A DNA stretch of 48,763 nt from a virus (lineage: Duplodnaviria; Caudoviricetes): IMG/VR virus record IMGVR_UViG_3300021961_000149, positions 1 through 48,763 of that record; one strand, written 5' to 3'. Both the position numbers and the translations under genes were made by a program. This document shows, one piece after another, positions 45,728 to 48,763 of the stretch; positions within the stretch are counted from its first letter, which is position 1; every line of letters starts with the position of its first letter. The notes under the pieces are model-generated. The model was not told where the DNA came from, made no database searches, and was given only the letters and a program-made list of their open reading frames with translations.

Positions 45728-45801
45728 GGTTCGTTAGCTTAGTTGGATAAAGCGCCACCCTGTCACGGTGGAGATCACGGGTTCAAGTCCCGTACGAATC
45801 G
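45728..45801 (+). tRNA. tRNA-Asp(GUC)
   Basis: Cloverleaf; CCACC-CTGTCAC-GGTGG anticodon arm; GTTCAA T-loop. Confidence 0.9.
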
Positions 45802-45931
45802 CTAATGAGATTTATAATCTTAATATGTGAGACGCCCGCAACCTTGAAGGCCAAATTTCTGTGTTACGGATCACATAAAAAAAGCCCTGAATCCTATTGT
45901 AAATGTCAGTGGGCCCTGGTACAATTTCCGC

Positions 45932-46570
45932 ATGACAACAAAATGGACAAAATACACATCTGTGTGCCCCTCATGCGATGCGCTTGATGAGTACACAACA
46001 ACCCTTAGTCCAATATATCTGACATGTCATTGTGGCACCATCATGACTTACTTGTCAGTGGTCGATGCTACAATACAACCTACAAACGAAAGGAATACAA
46101 TGGAAACAACAGATACATTCGGAGCCACAGTAACACCTATGGTTCCTGAATCATACGATGCCAACGTTCTTGTAACATACAAGGATATCACTAACGGAGT
46201 TACTACATATCCAACAATCAAGGTTAACGACCTTGAATGGAAGTTAGATAACTATCGCCGTAACTCAGATGAACTTCGTAAGTCCCGTGGTTTAATTAAT
46301 GGACTAAGCGAACAAGTATCAGAGTGGGCGGACCCTAACTACGATAAGGAAGAAGTTCTAATTGCTCTCTGCGAATACTTTGGAATCAATCCAACTAGAG
46401 AAGTTGAATTCACCGCAACTGTAGAAATTTGTGGAACAATTCAAGTTCCATTCAACGAGGTTGAAGACTTTGACCTTGATGACCACTTGTCAGAAAATCT
46501 ATCAATTGATTTCAATCACGGAGATTCAGAACTCTCTGATTGGACAATCAATTACGCACAGGTGAACTAA
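45932..46570 (+). CDS. Hypothetical protein with N-terminal Zn finger and internal in-frame start at 46100
   Basis: Leaderless start; internal promoter at 46053 and AACGAAAGGA RBS before METTDT. Confidence 0.7.
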   Translation: MTTKWTKYTSVCPSCDALDEYTTTLSPIYLTCHCGTIMTYLSVVDATIQPTNERNTMETTDTFGATVTPMVPESYDANVLVTYKDITNGVTTYPTIKVNDLEWKLDNYRRNSDELRKSRGLINGLSEQVSEWADPNYDKEEVLIALCEYFGINPTREVEFTATVEICGTIQVPFNEVEDFDLDDHLSENLSIDFNHGDSELSDWTINYAQVN

Positions 46571-46782
46571 TGTACTTTGAGTTGACTGCTCCTGATAGGC
46601 TGTCCATGGAGATGGCCTATTGGGATGCTCAGGTTCTAGGACTTGACCCAGTTGCATTAACACCGTTGACATTCAATATCGGAACTGGTAACATTGAGAA
46701 GGTAAGTCGCCTTCGAGATAAGTATAATCTAATAGAGAGTTATACATCAGACTACGAACCGACTGGATATACAAGGAGATAA
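46570..46782 (+). CDS. Hypothetical protein
   Basis: TAATG coupling; start MYFELT. Confidence 0.65.
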   Translation: MYFELTAPDRLSMEMAYWDAQVLGLDPVALTPLTFNIGTGNIEKVSRLRDKYNLIESYTSDYEPTGYTRR

Positions 46783-46783
46783 A

Positions 46784-46939
46784 ATGGATTACCAAGATGG
46801 ATTTGAAGATGGTGTAAAGTTTGCACGAGAAGTTATTGTAAATAACATTCGACTGTGGGCTGAAACATCAGAGGACGGGCAAGTAATGGACGATGTTGCT
46901 GACCGTCTTGAATTCGGAACGGTAGACTATGACCTCTGA
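46784..46939 (+). CDS. Acidic 51-aa protein
   Basis: AAGGAG RBS; MDYQDGFEDG... Confidence 0.6.
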   Translation: MDYQDGFEDGVKFAREVIVNNIRLWAETSEDGQVMDDVADRLEFGTVDYDL

Positions 46940-47138
46940 GGATCTAAACGTAGTTTATTATTGTGACAGCTGCAGCGTAGCACGGGCCTCACATCTAATT
47001 AAACTGTTAGATGGTGAGCTAGCTTTCTGTGGCCACCACTATAATAAATATAAAGGGGCCCTTGACAAAAAGGCCTATGAAGTGATAGAATTAAATAAAA
47101 CAGAAGAAGCAGTACCTCAACTAGAAAAGGCGGAATAA
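46929..47138 (+). CDS. Small zinc-binding protein
   Basis: CDSC...LAFCGHH. Confidence 0.65.
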   Translation: MTSEDLNVVYYCDSCSVARASHLIKLLDGELAFCGHHYNKYKGALDKKAYEVIELNKTEEAVPQLEKAE

Positions 47139-47140
47139 AT

Positions 47141-47545
47141 ATGGGAGACAGAGCAAACTTTGGATTCGTCCAACCTAACGGAAACACAATTGTACTATAC
47201 GGCCATTGGGCTGGACATAACATGCTAGCACAATTAGCAGAGGCAGTGTTTAAAGCACGGCCACGATGGTCCGACCCTTCATATGCAACACGTATCACAA
47301 TCAGTCAGATGATTAATAATGATTGGGGTTCAGAGACTGGATGGGGCCTGCATGTCAATGAGATTGGCGACAACGAGCACAAGATTGCCATCGTTGACTT
47401 TGACCAGCAAACGTTTAGTCTTCATGAAGAGGCGCCACGCAATGACAAGGATAACAAGGTGAATGGGATGAGCAATCAGCCACTATTTACCATGGACCTG
47501 TCTAACTTCGTAGAGAAATACGCAGACGTAACTCTATCAGTTTAG
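47141..47545 (+). CDS. Hypothetical protein
   Basis: MGDRANF..LYGHWAG..RWSDPSYATRI. Confidence 0.75.
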   Translation: MGDRANFGFVQPNGNTIVLYGHWAGHNMLAQLAEAVFKARPRWSDPSYATRITISQMINNDWGSETGWGLHVNEIGDNEHKIAIVDFDQQTFSLHEEAPRNDKDNKVNGMSNQPLFTMDLSNFVEKYADVTLSV

Positions 47546-47566
47546 TTAACTGTAATATGATATAAT

Positions 47567-47722
47567 ATGAATAGGTCCTAGCGGGCCTGTTCATTGAAGT
47601 AGGGTGCGGCTACCAGGGATTCCCCTAGTCGTTAAATAAAGCAGCGTATACTTAATTCCTTTCGTTGTGCTAGCAGCCTTACTTATCTTAAGATCCTTCA
47701 GCTTAGCTGGGGGATTTTTTGT
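47567..47722 (+). ncRNA. Candidate sRNA carrying the antisense of the early-gene RBS
   Basis: TGATATAAT upstream; 12-bp hairpin, three-way junction and terminator; contains AATTCCTTTCGTTG. Confidence 0.6.
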
Positions 47723-47905
47723 TTGGCCCGCAACGGATGAGGGTAACATATTCTGTTTACGGAAGTCAAATATATTTCCTGGAAATCTCACATATTGGAC
47801 ATATATTTATTTAAAGCTTGATCATGTGGTGTAAAACACACCCATATTGCATAGACAAATGTCAGTGGTCCATTATATAATTAGGTCATAACGAAAGGAG
47901 AAATA

Positions 47906-48682
47906 ATGCCAAATTGGTGTTATAACACATTAACTATCCAAGGACCTAAGTCTGAGGTAGATATGATTAAAGATAGATTGAATGCTCCATTTACATTAGC
48001 ACAAGAGACATATGGTATGGGTGATATTAGTCTTTCAGGATTCCCCACCAAAATTCAACAGGTAAAATACAGCAATCCTGTATTTGCATTCTTCAATATC
48101 CACTCATATAAGGATGACGGTATTACAGATGAAGAATATGCATGCCAGCCTGACCGTGGCGGAATTGATATGAATGACCCTGATTGGTTTGTTAAGTCTG
48201 TTGAGTTTGCTAAAACTCAGAAGGATTGGTATTCATGGAATAATTCCAACTGGGGAACTAAATGGGATGTGGCTGTTCGTGACGGTGAAGAGTATTCCAA
48301 CACTGAATTGTTAGAACACAATATTTCAGACGGTGATGATAACTGGCTTGTATATAAATATGAGACTGCTTGGTCACCTGCTGTAACTATTCTAACTAAA
48401 CTATCTAATCTTGTTCCTAACTGCCTGCTTACTTTAGAGTATGAGGAAGAAACAGGTTGGGGTGGGGAATATGAGATTCTCCGTGGAGATGTTAAAGAAT
48501 TAGTTAGTTATGAAACACGTTGCTATGCTTGCCAATCTTATGATTGTGTTGAGTATTGCGATAATGATTGTGGTCAATTCTGCTCTGAATGCAATGAGGG
48601 TTCATGGCGAGATGAAGAGGCCATGAAAGAATGTCAGACCCACATGGTATTATTGGAAACTACAGAAAAGGCGGAAGTATGA
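47906..48682 (+). CDS. DUF1281/YubB ferredoxin-like family protein with C-terminal Cys cluster
   Basis: MPNWCYN, WYSWN..NWGTKWD and ETAWSP motifs. Confidence 0.75.
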   Translation: MPNWCYNTLTIQGPKSEVDMIKDRLNAPFTLAQETYGMGDISLSGFPTKIQQVKYSNPVFAFFNIHSYKDDGITDEEYACQPDRGGIDMNDPDWFVKSVEFAKTQKDWYSWNNSNWGTKWDVAVRDGEEYSNTELLEHNISDGDDNWLVYKYETAWSPAVTILTKLSNLVPNCLLTLEYEEETGWGGEYEILRGDVKELVSYETRCYACQSYDCVEYCDNDCGQFCSECNEGSWRDEEAMKECQTHMVLLETTEKAEV

Positions 48683-48763
48683 GTTTCTTAGAGAACGAAA
48701 ACCAAATGGTGATTGACGCAGAGTATTCTTATATTGGTGAACAACTAGTAGAAGATTGGGTTA
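48679..48763 (+). CDS. Hypothetical protein (partial)
   Basis: ATGA overlap; MSFLENENQMVID... runs off the window. Confidence 0.5.
   Translation, partial: MSFLENENQMVIDAEYSYIGEQLVEDWV

Larger units (their letters stand above)
38015..47785 (+). repeat. Eight copies of a fixed-spacing intergenic element CCCGCA-N4-TGCGG-N14-TTACG-N16-CCCTGAA
   Basis: Copies begin at 38017, 38635, 39457, 40861, 42101, 44511, 45835 and 47727. Confidence 0.85.
36897..48653 (+). promoter_or_regulatory. Family of 17 promoters TGTCRG-N10-TANNNT
   Basis: TGTCRG at 36897, 37259, 38151, 38760, 39604, 40022, 40275, 40940, 41215, 42209, 43086, 43361, 44625, 45904, 46053, 47860 and 48632, each 10 bp before a -10-like hexamer. 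Confidence 0.8.

Noticed and set aside
47606-47672. Pistol ribozyme, suggested by a stem followed by TTAAATA
   Set aside because: The pseudoknot, GCG and P3/cleavage-site elements do not fit
38015-47785. CRISPR array or integron attC array
   Set aside because: Repeats are gapped, degenerate and separated by whole operons; there are no cas or integrase genes in the window and no GTTRRRY/RYYYAAC boxes
37826-47791. Track ORFs crossing the intergenic modules (37826..38056, 39420..39635, 44624..44848, 45805..45987, 47591..47791) and N-terminal extensions of 40927, 42137 and 43839
   Set aside because: They run through promoter, operator or ncRNA sequence and lack RBSs; better RBS-supported starts exist downstream
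1-48763. Alternative genetic code or stop-codon recoding
   Set aside because: Genes are intact under the standard code, all three stops are used, and no suppressor tRNA was found

Overview
Segment of a large, low-GC tailed dsDNA phage with siphovirus-type morphogenesis genes. The host is probably an actinobacterium, inferred from leaderless genes, GAAAGGA-type RBSs and a gp88-like gene. (1) 1-32.2 kb, minus strand: class II ribonucleotide reductase, glycosyltransferase, holin, a ~19 kb block of fibre/adhesin-like genes unusually placed upstream of the portal, then portal, protease/scaffold, HK97-fold capsid, neck genes, major tail protein, tail chaperones with a -1 frameshift, and the start of the tape measure. 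(2) 32.3-36.8 kb: secreted lysozyme-like protein, second glycosyltransferase, four tRNAs, two HNH genes, Zn-finger microproteins, candidate ncRNAs and repeats. (3) 36.9-48.8 kb, plus strand: an early/host-takeover-like region of ~40 small genes. The most unusual features are in region 3. These are 17 copies of a non-canonical promoter (TGTCRG-N10-TANNNT); eight copies of a fixed-geometry element (CCCGCA-N4-TGCGG-N14-TTACG-N16-CCCTGAA) whose gaps and flanks carry DnaA boxes, CRP-type boxes and GACAC motifs; and a candidate sRNA at ~47.6 kb whose loop is the reverse complement of the AACGAAAGGA RBS shared by many early genes. All calls were made by eye; no searches or folding programs were run, so coordinates and counts may be slightly off.
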